DNA from: Pirellulales bacterium
GTDB lineage: Bacteria; Planctomycetota; Planctomycetia; Pirellulales; PALSA-1355
DNA: 64,000 nucleotides
Assembly (NCBI GenBank): GCA_963733035.1
Contig: CAVTBU010000005.1
Coordinates: 2,368,001 to 2,432,000, forward strand
Direction: 5' to 3'
Below are positions 10,665 through 20,621 of this stretch, one piece after another. The position numbers were made by a program, and so were the translations under genes. The first letter of the stretch is position 1. Each line of letters begins with the position of its first letter. The notes below the pieces were generated by a model. The model did not search any database, had not been told where the DNA came from, and saw only the letters and a list, made by a program, of their open reading frames with translations.

Positions 10665-10883
10665 ATGCTCGACCACAAGCCAACTCCCAATCGCCAGCGC
10701 TATCTCGAGGTGTTACGCCGCATGTCGCCGGTCGACCGGCTGCGCAAAGCCTGCGAGCTCTCCGACGAAACCCGACGGCTATTCAAGATCGGGCTTGCGC
10801 ACCGCTTCCCCGAGCTTTCCGACTCTGAACTGCACGAACTTTACTTGGAAAAGATGTTCGGATGGCGCAAACCGAACTCCTGA
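10665..10883 (+). CDS. Rv0078B/MenA1-like small antitoxin
   Basis: 72 aa; LRRMSPVDRLRKACELS...GLAHRFPELS pattern; overlaps the downstream nucleotidyltransferase gene. Confidence 0.7.
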   Translation: MLDHKPTPNRQRYLEVLRRMSPVDRLRKACELSDETRRLFKIGLAHRFPELSDSELHELYLEKMFGWRKPNS

Positions 10884-11431
10884 AGCACGCGATTGATGCT
10901 CTTGATCACCTCGGGGTCGCGAGCATGCTCACCGGTTCGCTAGCGTCGAGCCTGCAAGGCCAACCCCGGGCGACTCACGATATTGACCTGGTGATCGATT
11001 TGCCGCCCGAGCGCATCGACGCCTTGCTTGAGGAGTTTCCTCCCCCCGACTATTACCTAAGTCGCGCGGCGATTGAAGAGGCCCTGCGCGACCGCAGCCT
11101 GTTCAACGTTCTCGATCTTCGGGAAGGCGACAAGATCGACTTCTGGATGCTCACGGACGAGCCCTTTGATCGCAGTCGATTCGCTCGTCGACAGCGATAC
11201 AACATTGATGGCGTCGACGTCGCCGTAAGTTCGCCGGAGGACACCATCTTGATGAAGCTCAAATGGTCGCAAGCCGCGGAAGGGAGCCGACTGCAATTCG
11301 GTGACGCGCAACATATCTACGAACTGCACCGCGGCGTGCTGGATACCCAATACCTCGAAACTTGGATCCAAGCTCTAGGCCTCACCGAAATCTGGAATCG
11401 CCTCCAAGCGGCCGACTCAGCCCAGCAATAG
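10862..11431 (+). CDS. Nucleotidyltransferase (MenT1/AbiEii-like putative toxin)
   Basis: GSLASSLQGQPRATHDIDL (GS...DxD NTase motif), SPEDTILMKL, C-terminal LDxxYLxxW. Confidence 0.78.
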   Translation: MAQTELLKHAIDALDHLGVASMLTGSLASSLQGQPRATHDIDLVIDLPPERIDALLEEFPPPDYYLSRAAIEEALRDRSLFNVLDLREGDKIDFWMLTDEPFDRSRFARRQRYNIDGVDVAVSSPEDTILMKLKWSQAAEGSRLQFGDAQHIYELHRGVLDTQYLETWIQALGLTEIWNRLQAADSAQQ

Positions 11432-11458
11432 GCCACCCCTCGGCGTTCGTCCTTCCGC

Positions 11459-12561
11459 TCAGTACCGGCACCGCTCACTCGTCACCCGGTACCGCTTGTG
11501 GCCTTTTACCGGATCGCTCGCCGTGTGGCAATGTTGACAATACTGCGTCACGGGCAGCTGGCGATGTTTTTCGCTCGACGACTTGTGCACGTCGTGGCAG
11601 CTCAGGCAGGTCACCGACTCCTGGCCCCCAATCACCACGTCGCGAACGTTCTCCATCACGTGCGCGTCGGCCGGATTGAGCTGCTTGGCAGGGTCTTCGG
11701 TGTCCAGCACGCTCCAGTCAACCTCGAAATCCTTGAAGAGGTTGTCGCCCGCCACGAAGTTCGTGGGGTAGGGCAGTCCGGTGGCCTTTGACTTGCCAAA
11801 GCGAATGTGGCAGCTTCCGCAGATCGAAGTGATCGCGGCCGGCGAATCTTTCCGCGCCTTGGCCAGCGGCATCAGCGTCGTGTCGTTGGCGTGCTCGACC
11901 GTGGCGTCGCCGTGACAGGCGTAACAATCGAGCGACACGGTGGCAAACGCGTGCGTCTCCGGATCGACCGCCGTCGCATGGCAACCGGCGCACGCGGTGG
12001 CAAACGTTTCGGTGTCCCAGTGCGCATCCTCGGCGCCCTCAAGCCTCGCGCGCGTCCGCGCCCGAAGGTCGCCATGGTCGTAAGCATATCGGCGTGGCCA
12101 TAGGCCTCGGCGCGTTTCAAGAAACGCTGCGCGCGCGTGTCGCCCATCAGCAGCGTCACTTCCTCGGCGATGGCCTTGGTGTTGTCGTCCGCCCGCAGCG
12201 ATTCAACGGCCGGCTCGGTAGGCTCGGCATCGCGGATGGTGCGATTGTGTTTGTTGGTGTCCCAAGTCACGCCCACCTGATGTCGATGGCAAAACAAGCA
12301 CTCGCCACCTTCGGTATACATCGGCACCAGGTCGTCCACATGGTCGCTGCCCCAAGCCGCCGGATCGAGCTGCTTCTGCTCGGGCGCGCCGGCCGTGATC
12401 CGCCGCGGCGTCCAGAGCGAAAACAAAATCGCCGCCGTCAACAGCACGGTTACGGCGGCCACGCCCACGCTGGCAGTCCGTTGCAGCACTCGACGGACTG
12501 CTAGAGCCGTGCGCAGGCTTCGTCGCGCACTTGGCTGGGTTGAAACATGCCACGACCGCAT
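11459..12561 (-). CDS. Membrane-anchored multiheme cytochrome c (6 CxxCH), split by one frameshift near 12050
   Basis: CLFCH in the 5' frame; CAGCH, CYACH, CGSCH, CLSCH, CQHCH in the 3' frame; N-terminal TM segment; start uncertain. Confidence 0.8.
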
Positions 12562-13000
12562 ATCTCAACCGCCTGCTCGGTCCCCGCGCCCATCGTCGAG
12601 CCCATCTATCTTTCACGTGCCGGTCTCCCACGCATCAACTTTCGCGGTCGCCTTCCGACTGGGTACAAACTCCTTCCAGCCAGCTTCTTCACCACTCTAT
12701 CTAGTCAAGCCCGTAAAAGGCAAACGCGGCGCGGGCCCTGTAGGCAACCCGCGCCGCGCTCCACTTTCATGTTTCCCTGCGGCCGGCCACAGCCAACCGC
12801 CAGCCGCTCGTTTGCCTGCAGTCGAGATTCCCCGAGGGAACCTCGAATCTCCCAGACCCAACCTCCCGCTCGCTCTCAAAGTGCCCCGCCTTGAGGGCAC
12901 TCAATCGCTAACGATCGGCCGGCTACAGCACACGGCCTGTTTTCTCCCTGGGGTGAAAAACTCGCGAGTCGTTGCGAGATGCCCCCTCGCTGCAATCTGC

Positions 13001-14524
13001 TTACGAAACCTGCGTATCGTCGCGCACCCAACCGTAAGCTGCGTTCTGACGCGAGGCCCCGATCTCCTTGTATGCCGTCTTCAGTTCCGAAAGCTTGTCC
13101 TTCGGAATGTTCTTGCGCGCTTCATTGGCGTCGATCTCGTAGATCTTGGCCGCGTTCAAGCCAAAGATCTTGGCCTTGTCCTCATCGGTCACCTTGGCGT
13201 AGCCGAACTTCTCGCACAGCTCGTCGGAGATCTGGAACCGCTTGAAGGCGTCAATCGCCCACTGCGGAGATCCCCACCACAAACAGTCGGTGCCCCAAAT
13301 CGTGTGGTCGGCGCCATAGTACTTGATGTTCTTGCCAATCAGGTGCTGGCACATCTCGGGGTTGTAGATCGCCAGCGTGCCAAAGCTCGAACCGATTTCC
13401 GGATACACGTTGTTGATCTGCGGATTGCGCTGCTTGATCTTCATCAGCACGTCGTGCCAGGCAAAGTCGCCCGTCTCCGGATCGTACTTCTCCTTGAACT
13501 CTTCGACCTCCGCGCCATACGGGGCGTGCTGCAGGGCCGAGTGATAAATCACAAACGTCAGGTCCGGGTGATCGAGCGCGGCCTTCTCCACGTCTTTCGG
13601 ATTGGCCAGGTGCCCCAGCGTGCGGCTCTGGGCCGAAAAGCCCTTGTGCACGCTAAACCGCTTGAGTCCCAGCTCCTTGCTCTTTTCATAGAACGGATAG
13701 GTCAGCTTCTCGTCGTCGAGCTGAAAACCGTTGCCGCTGCGGCCCGGGTCGGTATGGCAATACCACTTCCAACTGTCGATGCCATACTGCTGCACCTCCC
13801 GCTCCATCTGGTCGAACAGCGCCTTCTGGTCTTGGCTGTTCGTTTTCATGTCCCAGTAGTGGTTCGGGGCGCAGTTCCCCTGGCAGAGCGCTCGCACGCT
13901 GCCAGCCATCTCGTTGATGTCGGCCTTGCGGGCGCTCATCAGCCAGCTGGGCAACACGCCGCCGCCGCGCTTGGGGCCTTCCAGCGGATTGCCTGCGCGG
14001 TCAAATTGCCGCTCCTTGCCCGGCACGCCCGAAATCACCAGCACCGCCGTCTCGCTGTCAAAGAACATCTCTTTGACGAAATTCGGATACGAGTACGACT
14101 CGGGCGAGTTGTCGAGCTTGAAGCCCATGTTCTTCACGAATTCCATGTTGCGGAATCCGATCGGTACGCCGTTGGTAAAGTGGGCCTGCACGTCGATGAC
14201 GAAAAACTTTCCCTTGGGATACTTGTCTTCGTAGGCGCCGGGCTCCAGTGTTTCTTCTTCTTCCACGGCCCAGCACTTCTTGCCCCACACCATGTTGGCG
14301 GCCAAAAAGCAGGTGGCCAGCCCCATCGAGCTCGACACGAACTCGCGGCGGTCCATGCCCAGCTTCTTCGCCTTCTCGTCGCTCATCCGCGTGATCAGGT
14401 CTTCGATCTGCCGCTGCTTGGTCGTGATCGGGCGCGGGATGAATTCTTCATTCGAAACGACCTGCGTGGGCATGCCCGTCTCGATTCCCTTTTTCCGATC
14501 GCGCACCCATTTTGGAATCCACAT
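13001..14524 (-). CDS. Amidohydrolase superfamily protein (Amidohydro_2-like)
   Basis: IDVQAH, VHKG, IYHS, WGTD metal-site motifs; KIFGLNAA C-terminal motif; GAGGAG RBS. Confidence 0.88.
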   Translation of the reverse strand: MWIPKWVRDRKKGIETGMPTQVVSNEEFIPRPITTKQRQIEDLITRMSDEKAKKLGMDRREFVSSSMGLATCFLAANMVWGKKCWAVEEEETLEPGAYEDKYPKGKFFVIDVQAHFTNGVPIGFRNMEFVKNMGFKLDNSPESYSYPNFVKEMFFDSETAVLVISGVPGKERQFDRAGNPLEGPKRGGGVLPSWLMSARKADINEMAGSVRALCQGNCAPNHYWDMKTNSQDQKALFDQMEREVQQYGIDSWKWYCHTDPGRSGNGFQLDDEKLTYPFYEKSKELGLKRFSVHKGFSAQSRTLGHLANPKDVEKAALDHPDLTFVIYHSALQHAPYGAEVEEFKEKYDPETGDFAWHDVLMKIKQRNPQINNVYPEIGSSFGTLAIYNPEMCQHLIGKNIKYYGADHTIWGTDCLWWGSPQWAIDAFKRFQISDELCEKFGYAKVTDEDKAKIFGLNAAKIYEIDANEARKNIPKDKLSELKTAYKEIGASRQNAAYGWVRDDTQVS

Positions 14525-15074
14525 GAAACATCACTCCTCGAAGAGCTGTAGAGCGTTGATTGATAACTGCTTGCTGTGCAAACCCGGAAAACGATTCCGC
14601 CACCGCTTGCGATAGGCCCACACGGTTGATTGCTGGTGCTCGAAAGTGCCCGGTTCCGTTTGTGTCGAACCGCCGCACGCCCCAAGCGTCGATATTCCTA
14701 GCGAGCAAAAATCGAAAGGTCGACCAATTCAGATACGTCAGCGTGCCCATCCGCTGTTCGCGCCGCCGCACGGGCCGTGGGGGTCAACCGCGCACGCTCG
14801 GCCAGACAGGGCCTCCAAAGCGATCGACCGGGTCGATCCCCCGAGGCAGTTCTGCATTATAGCCACCCCGAAAAACCGCTGTAAACGATTTTCCCAGGCC
14901 CTAATTGAGCCGTGCGGGCAAGGGGTTCGGCCGATCGGACCGACCCGGATAACGCCCGCCCAGCCTCAGATTCCCTTGCCGGGCGTCGCCAGGGGCCGGG
15001 GGTGGGAATCTCGAAGTTGGACAAGGGCCTGCTAGCCTGGCGGACTTTTTTTGCACCGACCCCGTCATCCCGCC

Positions 15075-15296
15075 TCATTCGTCCAGCCAAAACACACGCT
15101 CGGTCGGCTTGTTGAACACTTTGGCAATCCGCAGCGCGAGCGTCAGCGAGGGCGTATAAGCTCCGCCCTCCAGCGCCACGATCGTTTGCCGCGTCACGCC
15201 CACCAGGTCGGCCAGGTCCTGCTGCGTCATCCCCGACCGCGCCGCCCGCAAGTCGCGGATGCAGTTGTTGAGAGCGGGTTCCTTTTTACGCGGCAC
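15075..15296 (-). CDS. XRE/Cro family HTH transcriptional regulator
   Basis: [29 protein letters not shown]. Confidence 0.93.
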   Translation of the reverse strand: MPRKKEPALNNCIRDLRAARSGMTQQDLADLVGVTRQTIVALEGGAYTPSLTLALRIAKVFNKPTERVFWLDE

Positions 15297-15693
15297 GCTG
15301 TCTCCGATACAGTACGACCGCGACCAACCCCTTCACGCCCCACAAGATCGCCGCCTGAACCGAGATCAGCCAGGTCAGGAAAACCGTCCCCACGACGTCG
15401 GCATGCGTGAAGTTGGCCCATAGCGTCGCGGCCAACAGGGCACCGAACAAGACGCTCCAGGCGGCGGCGATGCCCAGGCTGGTTGCCCTCTTGTCAATCT
15501 CGCGATCGCGCTCGTCGACGACGACGCGCCCGCCATCGCGCCGCAAAAAGATAAGCCCTACCGGAATCAGTGCCAAAAGCGAGAAAAAGCCGATCGACGC
15601 CGACCCCATCCAAGGCAGCGCCACCGTGACGGCAACAATCGTCAGCGCCGCGACCACCAGCTGCGTCCCGGCAAGCTTTTCCATGGCACTCAT
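15286..15693 (-). CDS. DUF2178-like membrane protein, translationally coupled to the XRE gene
   Basis: Four TM segments with DERDREI motif; GAGGTGG RBS; stop overlaps XRE start. Confidence 0.75.
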   Translation of the reverse strand: MSAMEKLAGTQLVVAALTIVAVTVALPWMGSASIGFFSLLALIPVGLIFLRRDGGRVVVDERDREIDKRATSLGIAAAWSVLFGALLAATLWANFTHADVVGTVFLTWLISVQAAILWGVKGLVAVVLYRRQRAA

Positions 15694-15742
15694 CGCAACC
15701 ACCTCGCAATAGAAGGATCGGTCGAGCCGTGAATCGCGATGT

Positions 15743-15783
15743 ATGATAAACTTGACACGACTTGATGTCAAGTCTATTTGACA
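15743..15783 (-). promoter_or_regulatory. Sigma70 promoter overlapped by palindromic operator(s), probably for the XRE regulator
   Basis: Minus strand TTGACA-N17-TATCAT; palindromes TGTCAA-N6-TTGACA (15766-15783) and ACTTGACA-N8-TGTCAAGT (15750-15773). Confidence 0.75.
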
Positions 15784-15810
15784 TGGCGGTAAACATCGCG
15801 AAGGATGCTC

Positions 15811-15864
15811 GGTTGCCACGGGTAGGCGAAAGCGGGGTGCCATGCTTGCGCCTCGCAAGCATGC
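15811..15864. repeat. REP-like palindromic element (copy 1)
   Basis: GGGTGCCATGCTTGCG-CCT-CGCAAGCATGC hairpin; 29/30 identical to 17666-17695. Confidence 0.75.
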
Positions 15865-15913
15865 TCGCTCCGCCCTCCCGGCAGCCTGCCGCCTATAGCA
15901 TACGGCCTCCCCC

Positions 15914-17017
15914 TCACTTCCCCGTCACTCGCCGAATATACTCCACCTCCTCCTGGCGATATGGCGTTCCATCGGCGCGAAAGATGTCGTGAAACCACTG
16001 CTCCGGCTCGGCCGTGTAGGTTCGTTGCCAGCTGTCCCAGGGGTAGATCGTCTGCGACTTGCCCGACACGAAACCCCACGAGTACGCCCCGATCCCTTCC
16101 GCTTTGAAGTACCCCAAGATCGGATCGAAATGGCTGCCGTTCCCTCGGGCCATGAACTCGGTGCAAATGAGCGGCCGCTCGAACCGCTCGAGGCTCGCCA
16201 CGCGACGCTTCACTTGCGGCAGCGGGTCGTAGGTGTGAAACGAAATCACGTCCGACTCGTCGGTCATCAGCTTGTCGATCGGGCTCATCTTGCCTGCCCG
16301 CCAATCGCCCCGCCACACGCCGGCTGAGAGCGGCGCCGCCGGATCGACCGACCGCGCCCACACGAACGTCTTTTCCAACAGCGCCTGGGCCACCTCGGCC
16401 TTGTTCGCCAGTTCCACCTTGCCATAGGCGTTGGAGTTTGGATTGTCGGGCTCGTTGAACAGGTCCCACACCTGCACGCGCGGATTGTTCTTGAATCGCC
16501 CCACGATCCCCACCACGTACGTCCGCAGCGAGTCGCGCTTCGCCGCATCGGCCAGCACCTCCGCCCCCGGACTTTGCACCCAGCCCGAGTTGTGCACGTG
16601 CGGCCGCGGCTGGCGCTGCGTGCCGAGCTGGGGATGCGGATCCCACACGCCATCGAACAACACCAGCATCACGCCGATCTTATGCCGCGCCGCAATCTCC
16701 AGAAACCGATCGATCCGCCCGCAAAACCCCTCGGCATCCTGCTCCCACAAGAGGTGATGCAGAAACACCCGCACCGAGTTGAACCCCAATTCCTCCGCCC
16801 AGCCGAGCTCCTCGTCAATCGCCTTGGCGTCAAACGTCTCCGCCTGCCACATCTCCAGCTGATTAATCGCCGACCGCGGAGCATAGTTGCAGCCCACAAG
16901 CCAGCCCGTCTTCGCCTGCCAGGCGCGCGCCTGCTCGGCACTCCACCGCTCGCGAGCCGTAGCCGCGCCCGCAGACACCACAACCAGAAACCCCACGAAA
17001 ACCACCCGCCGAATCAT
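15914..17017 (-). CDS. Secreted clan GH-A glycoside hydrolase (GH5-like)
   Basis: Signal peptide; WDLFNEP (acid/base) and ICTEFMAR (nucleophile); ISFHTY. Confidence 0.88.
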   Translation of the reverse strand: MIRRVVFVGFLVVVSAGAATARERWSAEQARAWQAKTGWLVGCNYAPRSAINQLEMWQAETFDAKAIDEELGWAEELGFNSVRVFLHHLLWEQDAEGFCGRIDRFLEIAARHKIGVMLVLFDGVWDPHPQLGTQRQPRPHVHNSGWVQSPGAEVLADAAKRDSLRTYVVGIVGRFKNNPRVQVWDLFNEPDNPNSNAYGKVELANKAEVAQALLEKTFVWARSVDPAAPLSAGVWRGDWRAGKMSPIDKLMTDESDVISFHTYDPLPQVKRRVASLERFERPLICTEFMARGNGSHFDPILGYFKAEGIGAYSWGFVSGKSQTIYPWDSWQRTYTAEPEQWFHDIFRADGTPYRQEEVEYIRRVTGK

Positions 17018-17605
17018 CGAAGCCGCTCCTAAAGAAGTTGAGGCTGGAAGGAAGGGTTGAATTGTAGCCGAAGGGATTCGTGTGGTGTGCCACAGCGCCC
17101 AGGTGCCATGGATCAGGCGCCATGGGGTAGGTGCCACGCGCTGGCCGCGCAGCGGATGCTTCAGCTTTTACGTCGTCGCTTGCGGTCATTGACCGAATTC
17201 CGCCATTTCAGCACGGCAATGCGACTTCCACGTTGACATTGGCCATTTTCCAGCCGATACTTGTATGAGGCCCTGTTGCTCTCGAAGCCCCAAGTTCCAC
17301 TTGGGGCACGCCGTAAGGCATAGTGAGCACGGGGCTTTTTTCTTTAGGGCTTGGTTCGATTCCAGTCGCGCTGGTGGTTGCTGGGAATCAGTTTCCAGTG
17401 CCGATAGGGGTCCTCCAGCGATTAGCTCGATCGCCCTGCATCCCAGTCGATTCTCCAATGTTGAAGTTCGGGTAGAGTTGTCGAATGCGCCCCAAGATGT
17501 GCTTGTAAAGTTTCTCCTTGGCAATCGTTCGCTTGCCCCGTCGGACTTGCCCTGGCGGCTTCACCAAGTGCTTGTCATTCAATCGAAAAGCCATCGCCCC
17601 AAGCC

Positions 17606-17695
17606 GGGTGCCACGGGTGGCCGCAAAGCGGCTCACCCGTGCCGTGCGTCGTTCCGCCACTGCCTGGGTGCCATGCTTGCGCTTCGCAAGCATGC
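17606..17695. repeat. Composite REP-like element (copy 2): two GGGTGCCA-tagged hairpins
   Basis: CACGGGTGGCCGC-AAA-GCGGCTCACCCGTG and CATGCTTGCG-CTT-CGCAAGCATG; a degenerate copy of the first unit lies at 17130-17155. Confidence 0.75.
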
Positions 17696-17699
17696 CTCC

Positions 17700-17784
17700 T
17701 GACTATCCACTACCCACTAGCCACTACATCGTGCCGTGTGTCGTTCCGCCCACTGATCACCAACCACTGACCACTCGCCACTGT
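17700..17784 (+). repeat. Short tandem heptamer array (CCACTnn)
   Basis: ccactac ccactag ccactac ... ccactga tcaccaa ccactga ccactcg ccactgt. Confidence 0.7.
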
Positions 17785-17785
17785 C

Positions 17786-18679
17786 CTAGAGATTCCCCAC
17801 CGTCGGTCCCCAAAAGAAAACCTTGGCGTAATACAGCGGCGTGAGATTAAGAAACGCCGCTATCGCAATCAGCCAGCTCCAGCGTTTCCACAGAAGTACG
17901 AGAGAAACAGCTTCACATGCCGTCATCGCCAGCCCAGACACGGCAAAGAAACGTGCGACAAGTATGAACTTTGAATCGCCGGTCAACTCAGACTGCCTTG
18001 GCAACAACCAAGTGAAATACAGTATCCAAACAATCAAAGGCACTAACACAACAAACAGGGCGACCATACGAGGACCAGTGAAGAGCTTCCTAAGCAGTGG
18101 GAGTGGTGAATCGGAACGGAATTCGGGTAGACTCTCGCAACGGAAATCGGAAAAGGCATTGCCGCGCCGAATATCGCCGATAAACGCACTCAGGCCCAGA
18201 ATCGCACACGCGAAAAACAACATCCGATCAAAGCGAACCATATCGAATCCCGACCTACATGCCCCGCATATCGAGCCGGCGACAATACATATCAACGACG
18301 CATACTGCAGGTGAATATAGTCATTCCAAGCTGTGAAATGACGGCTCAGCGCCGCATTCACTTCGGCTGTCGTGCCTGCACCAAATCGCCACTCCTTCTT
18401 TAGACGCTCCGTCGTCTCCTCTTGAATCCAGCGTATCCACCTTAGATTCCAATCCAGCGCTGCTTCTATGAAAGGATAAACCAGCGAACGGTGAACGGTG
18501 TAAATGACGACGCCGGAAAATGCCGCGACGGCAAGCGTGGCGGACCAATCCACGTTACGTTTCTCTAAACTGCTCCAGCCTTCCGTTGCGACTACGTAGG
18601 CAAACACAAAAAAGCCGCCGGGAAGCGTGCCCCGGAAAAGGAGTTGAAATGGAACAGACTTCAGAATTGAATCAAACAT
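17786..18679 (-). CDS. Hypothetical multi-pass membrane protein, atypical (A/T-richer) composition
   Basis: 297-aa ORF with ~7 hydrophobic segments; no family recognised. Confidence 0.6.
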   Translation of the reverse strand: MFDSILKSVPFQLLFRGTLPGGFFVFAYVVATEGWSSLEKRNVDWSATLAVAAFSGVVIYTVHRSLVYPFIEAALDWNLRWIRWIQEETTERLKKEWRFGAGTTAEVNAALSRHFTAWNDYIHLQYASLICIVAGSICGACRSGFDMVRFDRMLFFACAILGLSAFIGDIRRGNAFSDFRCESLPEFRSDSPLPLLRKLFTGPRMVALFVVLVPLIVWILYFTWLLPRQSELTGDSKFILVARFFAVSGLAMTACEAVSLVLLWKRWSWLIAIAAFLNLTPLYYAKVFFWGPTVGNL

Positions 18680-18757
18680 GTTGTGCTACCGGCTGTCAGT
18701 TCATTGTGGATCTAAAGGTCTTCGGATAGTCGGATTCTAGGTGCTGGGCAGCGCTGA

Positions 18758-19066
18758 TCACGACCTCTTACCCTTCTTATGCGCCCCGGTCTTCGACTCA
18801 TCGATGGTGATTCGCCCGATCTTGTTCTTGTAGTTGTAGAGCCGCAAACTCATCCCAGCTGCCTTGCCTTCTCGGGTCGAGCGGTTGTAGCCATTGAGTT
18901 TCGCCAGACACTGGCCAATCCCCAGATGCAGTTTCAAGGCCTCCTCAAACGTCAGATTGACCGTGAACACCTTCGGCGCGGCCTCCGAATTGAGGAAATC
19001 CTCGGGCGCGAATTTGTCCATCGCGACTGTGCCGAATGTGCCTTGCTTCAGTTTTGGTTCGCTCAT
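18758..19066 (-). CDS. Small basic hypothetical protein (102 aa)
   Basis: CAGGAG RBS; VNLTFEEALKLHLGIGQCLAKLNGYNRST core. Confidence 0.7.
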   Translation of the reverse strand: MSEPKLKQGTFGTVAMDKFAPEDFLNSEAAPKVFTVNLTFEEALKLHLGIGQCLAKLNGYNRSTREGKAAGMSLRLYNYKNKIGRITIDESKTGAHKKGKRS

Positions 19067-19230
19067 CAGTAGCTCCTGACAGGTTGATTCGTTCGTTGGC
19101 TGCGGGAACCCTACCCACACCGCCTGCGCCGCAGTACACTACGGTCCCCCCAATGGTGTAGCGACAGAATACCGCAAGTGATGGCGACAAGCGATATTTG
19201 CGAGTCCCAATGGCCTAACGGGAGTCTGAC

Positions 19231-19398
19231 ATGGCAAAAAAGCGTGCATTTTCGAAGGCGGACATTGAGCTGAAATCCGAGGACTACCACGGAAGCTGCT
19301 ATTACGCGAGAACTCGTCCCGACCTCGCCGAGAAGAACGTCAACTCAGTCAACGTCGAATTGACGTTTGACCGCAAGTGCTTGGTGGATGGTGGTTAG
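19231..19398 (+). pseudogene. Short ORF (55 aa, below ORF-track cutoff), probable 3'-truncated paralogue of 18758-19066
   Basis: GGGAG RBS + ATG; MAKKRAFSKADIELKSEDYHG...NSVNVELTF aligns loosely with KLKQGTFG...VFTVNLTF, then runs into a heptamer array. Confidence 0.5.
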
Positions 19399-19407
19399 TG
19401 AGTCGTG
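19376..19407 (-). repeat. Heptamer array in opposite orientation to 17700-17784
   Basis: Reverse complement reads cacgact cactaac caccatc caccaag cact. Confidence 0.55.
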
Positions 19408-19572
19408 CCAGAAATGGCCACCCGCGGCGCTGCCAGCCGCCGGCGACCGATCGCCTGCCGCTAGCAACGCGCTCGCGTTGACGCCCGTGGGCGGGGGCCC
19501 TAGAATTGGCAGGCTCATCTCTCAATGTCTTGTGCCCCAAGCGGTTGGGTTCTGTCTGGAGTTAGCGCTGCC

Positions 19573-20601
19573 ATGTCCTCCGCGTCGGCCGATCCGGCCC
19601 CCACGCACGCCGGTGGTCTGGGCGCAGCCGCGCTGCCGTGGCTGTTGTCGTCCACGCTCCACATGCTCGCCATCCTGCTGCTGGCACTCAGTTGGCAGTG
19701 GGCCACCGACAACGCCCCGCCCGCCGCGGGCATCACGCTCGATGCCTCGTTCCTTTCGGCCAGCGGCCACGAAGACGTGGCCCCCACGATCCAACTCGAC
19801 ACACCGCCAGCCGACGGCTACTTCGACGACCAGGAGCCGGTGCTCTATGCCGACGAGCGCGAGCAATCGCCCACCGGCGGCAGCTCGCTCAAGTCGCTGT
19901 TGGCCGAAGAGCCCGCGGTCGATCTGGCCGGCGTGCTCCCCAGCACCACCGCCGAGCTGGGTATTGGCGGCGAGCACGCGGGCATTGCCTCGGCGACGTC
20001 GCTGGCCAATGAACCGCCGCCCCCCAATCGCATGCGCGGCGGTCAGGCCCGCACCGGCGTGTTCGGCCTGGTGGGCGAGGGCTACAAGTTCGTCTACGTG
20101 TTCGATCGCTCGGGCAGCATGGACGGTCACGGCGGCGCGCCCTTGGTGGCCGCCAAACGCGAGCTCATCAACAGCCTCAAAGACCTGGGCACCACGCATC
20201 AGTTTCAGATCATCTTCTACAACGAAAAGTCGCGGATCTTCAATCCGGCCGGTCGCGACGGGCGATTGGTGTTTGGCAACGATCAGAACAAGAACCTGGC
20301 CCGGCGCTTCGTCGGCAGCATCACCGCCAGCGGCGCCACGCGTCACATGGAAGCCCTGGAAATGGCACTGCGAATGGGCCCGGACGTGATCTTCTTTTTG
20401 ACCGACGCCGATGAACCACAAATGACGCCGCAGGAACTGGCCCACATCGCCCAGATGAATCGAGGCACCGCGATCAACACCATCGAGTTCGGCACCGACG
20501 GGCATCCCGAGCCAGACAACTTCATTGCCCGGCTGGCCCGTCAAAACGGCGGCCAACACGTCTATATCGACGTGTCGCGGCTCGGGAGAGATCGGCCCTA
20601 G
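19573..20601 (+). CDS. Membrane-anchored vWA-domain protein
   Basis: N-terminal TM (WLLSSTLH), acidic linker, MIDAS motif VFDRSGSM, GAT, FLTD. Confidence 0.88.
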   Translation: MSSASADPAPTHAGGLGAAALPWLLSSTLHMLAILLLALSWQWATDNAPPAAGITLDASFLSASGHEDVAPTIQLDTPPADGYFDDQEPVLYADEREQSPTGGSSLKSLLAEEPAVDLAGVLPSTTAELGIGGEHAGIASATSLANEPPPPNRMRGGQARTGVFGLVGEGYKFVYVFDRSGSMDGHGGAPLVAAKRELINSLKDLGTTHQFQIIFYNEKSRIFNPAGRDGRLVFGNDQNKNLARRFVGSITASGATRHMEALEMALRMGPDVIFFLTDADEPQMTPQELAHIAQMNRGTAINTIEFGTDGHPEPDNFIARLARQNGGQHVYIDVSRLGRDRP

Positions 20602-20621
20602 CTAGGAACCGGAACGAGCAG

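Noticed and set aside
12600..12920. Possible structured RNA or leader peptide between the amidohydrolase and cytochrome genes
   Set aside because: Only one modest hairpin (AGTGCCC...GGGCACT) and an AAGGAG too close to a TTG; no convincing motif
12395..14551. 718-aa plus-strand ORF
   Set aside because: Antisense shadow of the amidohydrolase gene; no motifs; typical of high-GC DNA
17186..17600. Gene between the REP-like elements (MAFRLNDKHLVK...)
   Set aside because: Short protein-like stretches in different frames, no family recognised; possibly a decayed remnant but not supportable as a CDS
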